DNA of 63,833 nucleotides, counting the filler, from Bacteroidales bacterium (GTDB lineage Bacteria; Bacteroidota; Bacteroidia; Bacteroidales; CAIWKO01): NCBI GenBank assembly GCA_035389045.1. It is 3 parts of 3 records of this genome, joined end to end, with 100 filler letters (N's around TTAATTAATTAA, not from the genome) between each part and the next. Parts side by side here need not be neighbours in the genome. Positions count along the whole stretch, not along the records: positions 1 to 30,086 come from DAOORA010000058.1; positions 30,187 to 59,400 come from DAOORA010000059.1; 1 more part is not named here. One strand, written 5' to 3'. Positions 20,196-30,520 of this stretch are shown here, piece after piece. A program made the translations under genes and the position numbers. How positions within the stretch are numbered: the first letter of the stretch is position 1; the number at the start of each line of letters is the position of its first letter. The notes below the pieces were generated by a model, which saw only the letters and a list, made by a program, of their open reading frames with translations, was not told the DNA's origin and did no database searches.

Positions 20196-20630
20196 ATGAA
20201 GGAAATTAAAGGTCATACCTTGCTGATAATGGTTTTTGTTTCTGCCTGTTTATTGGTATCTTGTAAAAAGAAAATCAAAGATCCTATACCTGATGTATAC
20301 GTGAATTTTTATATGAATATTTCATCAACGCTATATCTGGAATTATCATCGGTAGGAGGATTTGTAAATGTATCGGGAGGATACAGGGGGATTACGGTAT
20401 ACCGCTTATCTTCGGATGAATTTGTCGCATTTGAGCGTGCCTGTCCTTATGACTGGGAAGTCGATTCCGCTATGGTCGGTGTCGATTCATCGGGATTAAT
20501 AATGAATTGTCATAGTTGTGGTTCTGAATTTCTGATTATTGACGGCTCGGTTATAAACGGCCCTTCGTCTCTTTCTTTAAAACAATACCGCGCCACTTAT
20601 GATGGACAAATACTTCATATTTATAATTAA
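20196..20630 (+). CDS. Rieske-fold-like lipoprotein
   Basis: LVSC lipobox; FERACPYD...CHSCGSEF...DG...GP...L..Y pattern resembling Rieske ferredoxins. Confidence 0.7.
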   Translation: MKEIKGHTLLIMVFVSACLLVSCKKKIKDPIPDVYVNFYMNISSTLYLELSSVGGFVNVSGGYRGITVYRLSSDEFVAFERACPYDWEVDSAMVGVDSSGLIMNCHSCGSEFLIIDGSVINGPSSLSLKQYRATYDGQILHIYN

Positions 20631-20641
20631 CTAATGCCTAT

Positions 20642-22579
20642 ATGAAAAAAAGTTTTATTACACTATTTATTCTTGGTTATTCAGTGATTGCATTGCCACA
20701 ACGGCAGCCTGATCAGGATTTTGCCAAACAGATATCAGCTTTGGAAGCAAAAAGTCACGAAAACCTTTTTAAATCAGGAAATGCCAAGTTAGGTGACAAT
20801 TATGATTTAAAATATCACCGTATGAATTGGTTTGTGGACCCCGATACCAACTTTATCAGTGGTTCAGTAACTTCTTATTTCATGGCCGTATCGGCTATCA
20901 GCCAGATGGAGTTTGAATTGAATCAGGTAATGGTTATTGACAGTGTTAAATATCACAATACGCACCTGACTTTCAATCACCCGGGAAATACCTTTACCAT
21001 AAATTATACCACGGCCATTGCTGTCGGCGCATTTGATTCCGTGAGCGTATTTTATCATGGAGATCCTCAGGGTGGAGGTTTCGGTTCTTTTATTCATGAT
21101 TTTCACAATGGAACCCCTATCATATGGACGTTATCCGAACCTTTTGGCGCTCCCGACTGGTGGCCATGTAAAAACTCACTCAGCGACAAAATAGATTCTA
21201 TTGATGTATATGTTACAACCCCTGCGCCGAACAGGGTGGCGAGCAACGGCGTTCTTGTTTCGGTTACCGGTGTCGGACCCGATAAAAAATTTCACTGGAA
21301 ACACCGTCATCCTATTGCCACATATTTAATTGCCATTGCCGTTACTAATTATGCGGCTTATTCTGACTTTGCCCAGCTGCAGAACGGGAACCTGGAAATA
21401 TTGAATTATGTGTACCCGGAAGACTCGGTATATGCACGGCAAAACACACCCTACCTGATCCCGGTAATTCAGTTATATGATAGTTTGTTTTCGGATTATC
21501 CTTACCTGGATGAAAAATACGGTCATGCCCAGTTTGGATGGGGTGGAGGTATGGAACATCAAACAATGACCTTCCTGATAAATTTTGGTTATGATCTTAT
21601 GGCTCATGAACTTGCACACCAGTGGTTTGGCGATAAGGTCACATGCGGTAGCTGGCACGATATATGGATAAATGAAGGTTTTGCCACTTTTCTGACAGGA
21701 CTTACCTATTATTTCCTTTCAGATAATAACGCCTGGCGCTCTTGGAAGGTCGGAAACATCAATTACATTGTTTCAGCACCCGACGGATCCGTGTATTGTG
21801 ATGATACCACCAGCGTGCCGAGAATTTTCGACGGCAGATTGTCCTATGCTAAAGGCGCTCTGGTGCTGAATATGCTAAGGCTCAAAATCGGAGACTCGGC
21901 CATGTTTACCTGTATGAATAACTTTATAACAGATCCCTCGCTGGAATATGGTTTTGCTGATACCGACGATTTTAAAAACCATGCTCAATTATCTTCAGGA
22001 CAAAATCTTACGGAATTTTTTAATGATTGGATCTATGGTCAGGGATACCCTGTTTATTATATTAACAGCACGGTTCATTATGACAGTTCTGTTAACATTA
22101 TTTTTATACAATCACCAAGTCATCCTTCGGTGAGCTTTTTTGAGTTACCTCTGCCTGTTCGTTTCTCTGATGGTGTCCACGATACCGTGATTGTTTTTGA
22201 TAACACCACAAATTTTCAATCATTTGATGCGCATTTGAATTTTCTTCCGGTCGAAATTACGTTTGATCCTGAAAGTGAATTAATTGCAGTTCTGGATACC
22301 TGTATTGTACAGGTATCCAGAAATAATGATTCCGGGGACAATGATGTCCTTGTCTATCCAAGCCCGGCACACGAATCTGTTATTATTGACGGCGGGCAAA
22401 AAAATACTATAACCAGGGTCAGGATTTCTGATCTGAAAGGCGCAATAATTGATGACATTACCCTTGAAAACCCTTCACGTACGTTTACATATGATCTTGA
22501 CAAACTTGGCAACGGATTGTATTTAACAGCCATATATACAAATAATAATATTATATTTAATAAAATTATTAAAATGTAA
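20642..22579 (+). CDS. M1 family aminopeptidase with T9SS C-terminal domain
   Basis: GGMEH, HELAHQWFG, WINEG and YAKG motifs; CTD VYPSPA...GLY...KIIK. Confidence 0.92.
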   Translation: MKKSFITLFILGYSVIALPQRQPDQDFAKQISALEAKSHENLFKSGNAKLGDNYDLKYHRMNWFVDPDTNFISGSVTSYFMAVSAISQMEFELNQVMVIDSVKYHNTHLTFNHPGNTFTINYTTAIAVGAFDSVSVFYHGDPQGGGFGSFIHDFHNGTPIIWTLSEPFGAPDWWPCKNSLSDKIDSIDVYVTTPAPNRVASNGVLVSVTGVGPDKKFHWKHRHPIATYLIAIAVTNYAAYSDFAQLQNGNLEILNYVYPEDSVYARQNTPYLIPVIQLYDSLFSDYPYLDEKYGHAQFGWGGGMEHQTMTFLINFGYDLMAHELAHQWFGDKVTCGSWHDIWINEGFATFLTGLTYYFLSDNNAWRSWKVGNINYIVSAPDGSVYCDDTTSVPRIFDGRLSYAKGALVLNMLRLKIGDSAMFTCMNNFITDPSLEYGFADTDDFKNHAQLSSGQNLTEFFNDWIYGQGYPVYYINSTVHYDSSVNIIFIQSPSHPSVSFFELPLPVRFSDGVHDTVIVFDNTTNFQSFDAHLNFLPVEITFDPESELIAVLDTCIVQVSRNNDSGDNDVLVYPSPAHESVIIDGGQKNTITRVRISDLKGAIIDDITLENPSRTFTYDLDKLGNGLYLTAIYTNNNIIFNKIIKM

Positions 22580-22639
22580 TATAATCTATTTTTTTTGGCT
22601 CTCATTATCACATAATTACATGATTATTTCCTGAAAAAC

Positions 22640-22670
22640 TTGACTTTGGGCGAAAAAAAGTGTACATTTG
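22640..22670 (+). promoter_or_regulatory. Bacteroidota sigma-A promoter for queA
   Basis: TTG at 22640, 20-bp spacer, TACATTTG at 22663. Confidence 0.55.
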
Positions 22671-22710
22671 CTATCCTTTTATTGAAATATATGTATATAA
22701 TTTGTGATTT

Positions 22711-23760
22711 ATGAAATTATCTGAATTCAGATTTCATTTACCTTCGGAGTTGTTAGCAGACAGGCCGGCAAAACAGAGAGATGAATCACGCCTTATGATA
22801 TTGAATAGAAAGCAGCAAACTATTGAGCATAAGGTGTTTAAAGATATACTCGATTTTTTTCAGGATGGTGATACCATAATTGTTAATAACACAAAGGTTT
22901 TTCCTGCCCGTCTTTATGGCCGCAAGGAAAAAACCGGAGCAAAGATTGAAGTTTTTTTGCTTCGTGAATTGAATCATGAATCCCGGCTTTGGGATGTTCT
23001 TGTTGATCCTGCCCGTAAAATCCGTATAGGTAATAAGCTGTATTTTGGAGATGATGATAACCTTGTAGCAGAAGTGATTGATAACACAACCTCCAGGGGC
23101 AGAACGATCAGGTTTTTATTTGACGGGCCGTATGAGGAGTTTAAAAAGATTATCGAATCTTTAGGTGATACTCCTTTACCGAAAATTATCAAGCGTCAGA
23201 CCGATCCTGAGGATAAGGAACGTTATCAGACCGTGTATGCAAAGCACGAAGGCGCTGTGGCCGCTCCAACTGCAGGACTGCATTTCAGCCGCGAATTGAT
23301 GAAACGATTAGAACTAAAAGGAGTTAATTTTGCTGAGATAACGTTGCATGCCGGGCTGGGGAATTTCCGTACCATTGATGTGGAAGACCTTACCAAGCAC
23401 AAGTGCGATTCCGAACAGGTAATCATTGATGAACAGGCGTGCCGGATAGTCAATACAGCAAAAGAAAACAGAAGGATTGTCTGTGCCGTCGGTACAACAA
23501 CCATGAAAGCCATAGAATCATCGGTTACCATCTCGGGCATGCTGAAACCGTTCAACGGATGGACCAATAAATTCATTTTTCCGCCTTACGATTTTGGAGT
23601 GCCCAATTGTATGATCACTAATTTTCATCTTCCGCAGTCCTCACTGATGATTCTGGTGGCCGCATTTGCCGGATATGATTTTCTCATGAAGGCCTATAAG
23701 GAAGCTGTGGCCGAGAAATACAACTTTTTTACATACGGTGATGCCATGATGATCATTTGA
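22711..23760 (+). CDS. queA: S-adenosylmethionine:tRNA ribosyltransferase-isomerase
   Basis: [43 protein letters not shown]. Confidence 0.96.
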   Translation: MKLSEFRFHLPSELLADRPAKQRDESRLMILNRKQQTIEHKVFKDILDFFQDGDTIIVNNTKVFPARLYGRKEKTGAKIEVFLLRELNHESRLWDVLVDPARKIRIGNKLYFGDDDNLVAEVIDNTTSRGRTIRFLFDGPYEEFKKIIESLGDTPLPKIIKRQTDPEDKERYQTVYAKHEGAVAAPTAGLHFSRELMKRLELKGVNFAEITLHAGLGNFRTIDVEDLTKHKCDSEQVIIDEQACRIVNTAKENRRIVCAVGTTTMKAIESSVTISGMLKPFNGWTNKFIFPPYDFGVPNCMITNFHLPQSSLMILVAAFAGYDFLMKAYKEAVAEKYNFFTYGDAMMII

Positions 23761-23842
23761 TGCCCTTAATTATAAATCAAGAACCGTTTGCAGAAAACTT
23801 TTTGCGACCGGTTTCCATAATTGTTCAACCAATTATTCCTGA

Positions 23843-24517
23843 TTGAAAAAAATTGCACTTATAGTTGCAGGAGGAACCGGAAAACGGTTGAGTACTGATT
23901 TACCCAAACAATTCATAGAAATTTGCGGGAAACCCGTTATTATTCATACACTTGAGGCGTTTCTCAACCCATTGCCCGATATTGAATTTGTTATAGTGAT
24001 CAATCCAAAAATGAGGGACAGCTGGGATGCTATTCTGTCTGGTTATCATATTAAAAACTGGATTTTGGCCGAGGGCGGGCCTGAGCGTTTTCATTCAGTC
24101 AGGAACGGGCTGGCAAAAATTTCTGATGACGATACTGTTGTTGCCATCCACGATGCTGTAAGGCCATGTGTGTCGGCAGTAGTGATTTTACAGGCATTTA
24201 AAGACGCTGAATATTACGGCAATGCCGTTCCGGCGCTGAATATCACAGATTCGGTGCGTATCAAGGATGGCCCGTTAAATGAACCTGTGGACAGAAAACG
24301 ATTATTCAAAATACAGACACCGCAGTGTTTCAGAATCCGCTTGATCAAAAAAGCATATTTGCAGAATTACGATGAAAGATTTACCGATGATGCCATAGTT
24401 CTGGAATCAACAGGCGAAACGATACATCTTATAGAAGGCAATGCTGAAAATATAAAAATCACTTATCCTTCTGATCTGCTTGTGGCAGAAGCGTTTCTGA
24501 GCAAACGCCCCGTTTGA
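23843..24517 (+). CDS. ispD: 2-C-methyl-D-erythritol 4-phosphate cytidylyltransferase
   Basis: AGGTGKR...PKQF, HDAVRP, QTPQ, TDDA, NIKITYPSD; TTG start. Confidence 0.93.
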   Translation: MKKIALIVAGGTGKRLSTDLPKQFIEICGKPVIIHTLEAFLNPLPDIEFVIVINPKMRDSWDAILSGYHIKNWILAEGGPERFHSVRNGLAKISDDDTVVAIHDAVRPCVSAVVILQAFKDAEYYGNAVPALNITDSVRIKDGPLNEPVDRKRLFKIQTPQCFRIRLIKKAYLQNYDERFTDDAIVLESTGETIHLIEGNAENIKITYPSDLLVAEAFLSKRPV

Positions 24518-24617
24518 TAATGGCACTTTACTGGAGAAGTAATAGGGTTTTAATATTTATTTTAATGGTAAATGGATCTGATATTCTGTTAATATATTGA
24601 AAATAAGATATTTAACA

Positions 24618-25760
24618 TTATATTTTTCTTCCTTTCCATTCCACCTTCACAAACAGAGATGATATGGCAATAAAAACTACATATAACGGGTATATAAGCT
24701 GTAGCGGCAAGTAGAACCACATTAAGCGCTTCTTTTTTACAAACGATGCTGCAGCGAACATTAACGGAAGATCAACTGCCAGTTTGCCCGCAAACATTAT
24801 TGCAGCAATAATAGCAAATCTGAAATCAATAAATCCGCAAATCAGCAGCAGAACTAATGCCAGATTAAAGAAAAAAACACTGCCTGCTGTAAATTTTGCA
24901 AAAAAGTCCTCATAGGCAGGACTTTTTGAAGCCCAGCGGACACGCTGTTGTATAAACTCTTTCAGATTTGCCGGGCCTTGTGTCGTTACTATGCTTTCCC
25001 GGTTTTTGATAAAACATATTTTATTCTTGTTTTTTATATGTTTTTTTGCCTGCAGAAGAAAAAACACATCGTCGCCCGAAGCGTACGAGTCATGTGAGGT
25101 ATAACCGTTAAGCTCTTCAAATAAACTGTGTTCAAAACAAAAATTGGCGCCATTGGCCAAAAAGGGTTTATTTAGGGAGATGGCCCCTGCTCCGCTGGCT
25201 ATCAGGCTTAGAAACTCCAGAGAAGCTAAATTTGTGAATAACCCTTTACTGTCTTTAAAAACCACAGGCCCGCTAATCAGGCGGCAGTTGTTTTGTTCGT
25301 AAAAACTTACCAGGCAGGATAAATAGTTATTATCAAAGATACAGTCGGCATCGGTTGTTACAACAAGTTTTCCACGAGAATTTTCCACTCCTTTTTTTAA
25401 AGCGGCTTTTTTTGAAAAACCATCACTTTTGTCCAAAGCAAACAATTTGATAGTAGCCGAAAAATTTATTTTAATGAATTGTGCAACAATATCATAACTA
25501 TGATCAGTCGAATGATCATCCACAAGTATTATTTCAAAAAGTTCTTTGGGGTATTGCTGGCCGGACAAGCTTTTTAATAAGGGTTCAATATTTTCTTCTT
25601 CATTGCGGAAAGGAATTATTATACTTACTGTTGTTCTGAAGGCGTGAGGATTATAGTCGGTGGTTTTAAGACTAAACCATCCACAGGTAAAAAAAAAGAT
25701 CAGGCCAAAGTAACATGCCACGCTTAATACGGAAATTAATATGACAATTGTAAATGTCAC
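24618..25760 (-). CDS. GT2 family membrane glycosyltransferase
   Basis: IIPFRNEE, DDHSTD, TDADC, GDD and QRVRW motifs; N- and C-terminal TM helices. Confidence 0.9.
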   Translation of the reverse strand: MTFTIVILISVLSVACYFGLIFFFTCGWFSLKTTDYNPHAFRTTVSIIIPFRNEEENIEPLLKSLSGQQYPKELFEIILVDDHSTDHSYDIVAQFIKINFSATIKLFALDKSDGFSKKAALKKGVENSRGKLVVTTDADCIFDNNYLSCLVSFYEQNNCRLISGPVVFKDSKGLFTNLASLEFLSLIASGAGAISLNKPFLANGANFCFEHSLFEELNGYTSHDSYASGDDVFFLLQAKKHIKNKNKICFIKNRESIVTTQGPANLKEFIQQRVRWASKSPAYEDFFAKFTAGSVFFFNLALVLLLICGFIDFRFAIIAAIMFAGKLAVDLPLMFAAASFVKKKRLMWFYLPLQLIYPLYVVFIAISSLFVKVEWKGRKI

Positions 25761-26770
25761 TTTCTGAAGAATTTAAGACGAAAAACAAAAAAACCGCCGT
25801 TAATTGCCGGTATCACAAGGTTTATGAACCAGATCAGGAAACAGGCCAATAGTGTGCCGGAAGCAAGGTCTGGAATTTGTTTTGACTGGTTCTGAAAATA
25901 CATATCAAGCAGCAAAATACTCACCGAGCCTCTGACGCCAAGCTCCGTTAGTGCAAATGTCGGAATCGCCGACATGACCAGGAATATGCAGGAAACAATC
26001 ATTATGCCTTCACCCGGCGGAATATCAATATTGCATAATCTTATCAGGATATAAAACTGCATTGTGAATATCATATACCGTATGGAACTAAATAAAAAAG
26101 CAATGAGTAACTCTTTGGTTGAATAATTGGAATAAACGTCGAAATGTGAGCGGAACAGCGAATATTTCCGGGGTATAAGTTTTTGAAAATTTTTTTTAAG
26201 CAGTTCAATCCGAAAATATAAAACAGAAACAAAAAATGCCATGACCACAGATAGACCGAGCATAATGTTTAAGACTACGGGCGTTTCGCCGAAAGAACCC
26301 TGCTGTAACAATGAGAGGAAAAAAAAGCCTGCTATGGAGCCAAACAATAAGGTAGACAATAACTGTCCGAGACTTCCGGTAAAAGTGATAAATATCCCTT
26401 CCCAACGGTTTGCTTTTTCCAGTATGAAGGCCCTGCCGAAATATTCTCCGGTTCTGTTGGGCGTAAACGCGCCTATGGTCAGCCCTGCCCATACCGCCAT
26501 GAATGATCTGAAAAAGGTAACCCGCTCAATCTTTCTGACCAGATACTGCCATTTAATGGACTCAACGCTCCAGTTGAGCAGCATCATAAAAAAAACAGCA
26601 ACAAGCACTGCAAATGAAATGCGTCCGGAAATTATTTTCATGAAGCTGGCGGATAACTCCGAAATGTTTTCTTTGTAAAATATACGGTAAGCAATAAACC
26701 CAAAAGAAAGAATAATTATCAGAAATTTGATAATATAATTACCTGTTTTGATTAATTTTGTTTCAGGCAT
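25757..26770 (-). CDS. Lysylphosphatidylglycerol-synthase-TM / flippase-like membrane protein
   Basis: Multi-TM protein with TPNRTGEY and ELGVR motifs; overlaps the GT2 start by 4 bp. Confidence 0.75.
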   Translation of the reverse strand: MPETKLIKTGNYIIKFLIIILSFGFIAYRIFYKENISELSASFMKIISGRISFAVLVAVFFMMLLNWSVESIKWQYLVRKIERVTFFRSFMAVWAGLTIGAFTPNRTGEYFGRAFILEKANRWEGIFITFTGSLGQLLSTLLFGSIAGFFFLSLLQQGSFGETPVVLNIMLGLSVVMAFFVSVLYFRIELLKKNFQKLIPRKYSLFRSHFDVYSNYSTKELLIAFLFSSIRYMIFTMQFYILIRLCNIDIPPGEGIMIVSCIFLVMSAIPTFALTELGVRGSVSILLLDMYFQNQSKQIPDLASGTLLACFLIWFINLVIPAINGGFFVFRLKFFRK

Positions 26771-26784
26771 TTAATATTGTTATT

Positions 26785-27336
26785 TTGAGCATCGACAGAA
26801 TCATACTTGGCATTGATCCCGGTACAAATATATTAGGCTACGGATTAATTCATAACAAAGATAAAAAGATTGAACTAATCACTATGGATGTGATAAAATT
26901 AAACAGGCTTTCCGATCCGTACCTGAAGTTGAAAACAATATTTGAAGAGACACTTGCCGTGATCGAGAAATATAAGCCCGACGAACTGGCAATAGAATCT
27001 CCGTTTTACGGGAAGAATGTTCAGGTGATGCTGAAACTGGGACGGGCCCAGGGTGTGGCTATTGCTGCCGCACTTTATAAATCACTACCTGTTTTTGAAT
27101 ATTCGCCGCGTAAGATCAAGCAGTCTATTACCGGAAAAGGGAATGCTTCAAAAGAACAGGTTGCCTCCATGCTGGCTCGCCTGGTTGCCATAGATACGAG
27201 CCCAGAATACCTTGATGCCACTGATGCCCTGGGGGTAGCTGTATGCCATTATTTTCAGAAAAACACCACGCCGGATTCAAAATTGTTCAGCGGATGGAAA
27301 TCATTTGTGGTTAACAATCCGGGAAGGATAAAATAA
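26785..27336 (+). CDS. ruvC: Holliday junction resolvase RuvC
   Basis: ILGIDPG, AIESPF, TGKGNASKEQV, DATDAL; probable TTG start at 26785. Confidence 0.95.
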   Translation: MSIDRIILGIDPGTNILGYGLIHNKDKKIELITMDVIKLNRLSDPYLKLKTIFEETLAVIEKYKPDELAIESPFYGKNVQVMLKLGRAQGVAIAAALYKSLPVFEYSPRKIKQSITGKGNASKEQVASMLARLVAIDTSPEYLDATDALGVAVCHYFQKNTTPDSKLFSGWKSFVVNNPGRIK

Positions 27337-27337
27337 A

Positions 27338-28429
27338 ATGACTTCTGAAACAGATCCCGTCGATTGTGTGGTAAGTCACAGAGTTTTCAGTGATACCATT
27401 ACTTTTTATACGGAACTGATCGGGGATATTGAAAGAGCTCAAAATAATATATGTTTTGAGATATTTAAATTTATTGATGATGATGTTGGTGTCCGGTTCA
27501 GGGATTTACTCGTCAAAAAAAGTCGCCAGGGAGTGAGGGTCCGGCTGATGGTTGATTCATGGGGCGCTCCGTCCGGCGGATCGTTTTTTGATGAACTCGT
27601 GAAAGCCGGCGCCCAGGTGAGGTATTTTATGAAACTAAAGTACAATTTTGATGCTTTCACCAAGCACCACAGGCGTAATCACCGTAAAGTCATTGTGATT
27701 GACGACCGTATTGCCTACCTGTCTTCAGCCAATATCAACCAGTATTCGGTTACATGGCGCGAACTTATCGTAAAACTCGAAGGTAAAATAGCACATTCTT
27801 TCAAAAAATCGTTTAACAGCAGTTGGGAAATTTATAAAAAGAACACTTTTAATATCCGTCATCAAACCAGTTCCATTATCTGCGGTAATTTCAGGATCAT
27901 ACGTGATGTACCGTCCCTGACAAGGCAAAAGGTGAAGAAAAGGTTTGAATATCTTATCAAACATGCCTGTAAACAGATCGTTATTGAAACTCCGTATTTT
28001 CTGCCGGGATATTTTTTAAGAAAGTTGCTTATGGATGCCGGAAAAAGGGGCGTTGATGTAAAAGTTATCACACCCAAGCAGTCGGATGTCAATCTGGTGG
28101 ATGTCCTGAGGAGTAAATACCTGGGCGTACTTCATAAAAACAATGTTCAGTTGTTGTTTTATAAACCGTATAATCTTCATGCTAAGCTGATGCTGGTCGA
28201 CAATAATGTGTTTTTTTTCGGAACCTCAAATTTTGATTACCGCAGTTTTAGATATATGTATGAAGTGATGTTAATGGGAACTGACCGTAATATTATGCAG
28301 GACTTGATGGTACATGCCAACAAGACTATTGAAGATTGTGAACCTTTTGATTATGAATTATGGAAAAGACGGCCGTTCATTCATAAGTTTTTCGAAAACC
28401 TGCTGATCCCGTTCAGGCATTACTTATAG
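27338..28429 (+). CDS. Phospholipase D family, cardiolipin synthase-like
   Basis: Two HKD motifs (HRKVIVID, HAKLMLVD), TPYF and SNFDYRS. Confidence 0.88.
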   Translation: MTSETDPVDCVVSHRVFSDTITFYTELIGDIERAQNNICFEIFKFIDDDVGVRFRDLLVKKSRQGVRVRLMVDSWGAPSGGSFFDELVKAGAQVRYFMKLKYNFDAFTKHHRRNHRKVIVIDDRIAYLSSANINQYSVTWRELIVKLEGKIAHSFKKSFNSSWEIYKKNTFNIRHQTSSIICGNFRIIRDVPSLTRQKVKKRFEYLIKHACKQIVIETPYFLPGYFLRKLLMDAGKRGVDVKVITPKQSDVNLVDVLRSKYLGVLHKNNVQLLFYKPYNLHAKLMLVDNNVFFFGTSNFDYRSFRYMYEVMLMGTDRNIMQDLMVHANKTIEDCEPFDYELWKRRPFIHKFFENLLIPFRHYL

Positions 28430-28438
28430 CATGTCTGT

Positions 28439-28990
28439 TCAGCGCGGTATGTTTACTCTGCCGGATGTAAAATAATATTTTTTGTAATAATCTTCATCCA
28501 GATCGTCAACCATAACGCCATTTTTTGTTGTTGCATGTATAAACTTGTTTTCACCAAGGTAAATTCCAACATGCGAAACAGAATCGTTGTTGATCTTGAA
28601 AAAAACAAGGTCGCCGGTTTTAAGTTCATTTTTATGGATCTCTTTCACATTTTTTATTTGTCCGGCCGAACTTCTGTATAATTTTATATTATAAACTTCT
28701 TCAAAAACCGACATGACCATACCGGAACAATCCGTCCCTTGTTTGCTGAAACCACCATACTTGTAAGGAACCCCCATCCATTCCGTGAGGCACTTTAACA
28801 AAGCAGGGTTTTCAGACCCGTTAAAGTTCACTCCTAATTTATCAGAGTATAGCTTATAATTTGAGACATTACTGTTACGTGTTTGATTAGTATGATGATT
28901 CACCGTAGCTTGATGTTGCGTCTTGCATGACATCATAAAGGTGGATGACACCATAAGGACAAATACAAAAACGCTTTGGTACCGTTTCAT
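28439..28990 (-). CDS. NlpC/P60 cell-wall hydrolase lipoprotein
   Basis: Lipobox MMSC, GVPYKYGG, DCSG, GDLVFF, HVGIY, FIHA. Confidence 0.92.
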   Translation of the reverse strand: MKRYQSVFVFVLMVSSTFMMSCKTQHQATVNHHTNQTRNSNVSNYKLYSDKLGVNFNGSENPALLKCLTEWMGVPYKYGGFSKQGTDCSGMVMSVFEEVYNIKLYRSSAGQIKNVKEIHKNELKTGDLVFFKINNDSVSHVGIYLGENKFIHATTKNGVMVDDLDEDYYKKYYFTSGRVNIPR

Positions 28991-29023
28991 TAAGAATATT
29001 CAAACAAATCAAAATTAGAGAAT

Positions 29024-29058
29024 AAAAAAAGGAGGTTCATACTAAACCTCCTTTTTTT
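29024..29058 (-). terminator. Rho-independent terminator downstream of hsp20
   Basis: A7-GGAGGTT...AACCTCC-T7 hairpin. Confidence 0.85.
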
Positions 29059-29073
29059 GCAAACAAACCTTTG

Positions 29074-29502
29074 TTAATGAATCTCAATCTGTCTTTTAAT
29101 GCTGGCTTTTTCTTCTTCTTTTTTCGGAATATTCATTACGAGAATACCGTTTTTGTACTCAGCTGAAATCTTTTCGGTATTTACGCTTTTGGGAAGAACA
29201 AAGGAGCGGCTGAAACTCCCGTGCGCAAATTCTTTGCGGGTGTAATTTTTTTCTTTCACTTCTTTTTCTTCTTTCTTTTCCGATGAAATTGTCAGCGTAT
29301 TGTTTTCGATGTCAATCCTGAAGTCTTCTTTGTTCAAACCAGGGACAGCCAGTTCAAGCTCAAAAGAATCCTCATTTTCAACAATGTTGGTTGCAGGTAC
29401 GCTGCAGTTGTTTCTGCCGAACAAATTAATCGGATCATTTTCAAAGAAGCTGTTCATCAGGTCAGAAAACATGGGTTCGTTGTTTAATCTAATAAGTTTC
29501 AT
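29074..29502 (-). CDS. Hsp20 / alpha-crystallin small heat-shock protein
   Basis: PATNIVE, LAVPG, GSFSRSFVLP, AEYKNGIL. Confidence 0.93.
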   Translation of the reverse strand: MKLIRLNNEPMFSDLMNSFFENDPINLFGRNNCSVPATNIVENEDSFELELAVPGLNKEDFRIDIENNTLTISSEKKEEKEVKEKNYTRKEFAHGSFSRSFVLPKSVNTEKISAEYKNGILVMNIPKKEEEKASIKRQIEIH

Positions 29503-29960
29503 GGTTTTATCCTCCTTTTTTTAAATTAATAATTAAAATTTGATTTTGTAATAACCTGTTTTCAAAATTTGTGCAAAAGAAAAACATTAAATTGTCATTT
29601 TTCATATTTAACACATTATCAATTAAATATAAAAAAATTAAAATATAAATACCAAGCCATAATGGCAGTATTAACAATCAACAACGTGTCATTATGGCGC
29701 TTTTGAGAAATGCTATGATCGTAATAGTCAGATTAACAATGCTATAACTAATAGCTGGTTTTGTACGTAAAATCAGAATGGACTGGCGTGGATTTCAGTG
29801 TTTGTTTGAGACATATTGCGAGGAACAGGGAGAATGGTAAATGGCATAAAAAGGCTGTTATTGAAAAAAATATTATTTTTACAAAACAAATCACGATCCA
29901 GTGAACCGTTTTTATAGTTTAAATAAAGGATTTATTTATAGCATAAAACAAGTAAGAAAT

Positions 29961-30086
29961 ATGAGACAACTGTTTGTATTATTATTTTTCATTGCAGGTA
30001 TGTCTTTTACGTATTCACAAAAATTTCATGGTGGATTTTTTCTTGAGTTTGACACCTCAGAAGTCTATCTTGCTGAAAACATGAGT
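29961..30086 (+). CDS. 5' fragment of an exported protein, truncated by the gap
   Basis: Signal-peptide-like MRQLFVLLFFIAGMSFTYSQ runs into the N run. Confidence 0.5.
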
Positions 30087-30186
30087 NNNNNNNNNNNNNN
30101 NNNNNNNNNNNNNNNNNNNNNNNNNNNNNNTTAATTAATTAANNNNNNNNNNNNNNNNNNNNNNNNNNNNNNNNNNNNNNNNNNNN
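30087..30186. other. Artificial contig linker
   Basis: 44 N + TTAATTAATTAA (stops in all six frames) + 44 N; identical to the spacer at 59401. Confidence 0.93.
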
Positions 30187-30470
30187 GGAGTCGGGAGTCG
30201 GGAGTCGGGAGTCAGGAGTCAGGAGTCGGGAGTCAGGAGTCGGGAGTTGGGAGTCAGGAATTGGGAGTTGGGGGTCAGGAGTCGGGAGTCGGGAGTCGGG
30301 AGTCGGGAGTCAGGAGTCGGGAGTCAGGAGTCGGGAGTCAGGAGAAGGAGTCAGGAGTCGGGAGTCGGGAGTCAGGAGTCGGGAGTCAGGAGAAGGAGTC
30401 AGGAGTCGGGAGTTGGGAGTCGGGAGTCAGGAGTCGGGAGTTGGGAGTCAGGAGTCGGTAGTCGGGAGTT
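30187..30470. repeat. Heptanucleotide tandem repeat (R)GGAGTC, about 40 units, truncated at the contig end
   Basis: GGGAGTC/AGGAGTC units with GGGAGTT and AGGAGA variants, read directly. Confidence 0.95.
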
Positions 30471-30520
30471 GACCGTAAATATTTTAGCTTGTTGGCTGGT
30501 GGACGGTTGTGAGATGGATT

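Noticed and set aside
26785..27336. RuvC as a Cas12/TnpB-type nuclease
   Set aside because: Size and motifs are those of the housekeeping Holliday junction resolvase, in a housekeeping context.
30131..30142. TTAATTAATTAA palindrome inside both N gaps
   Set aside because: Six-frame stop linker added during contig concatenation; not biological.
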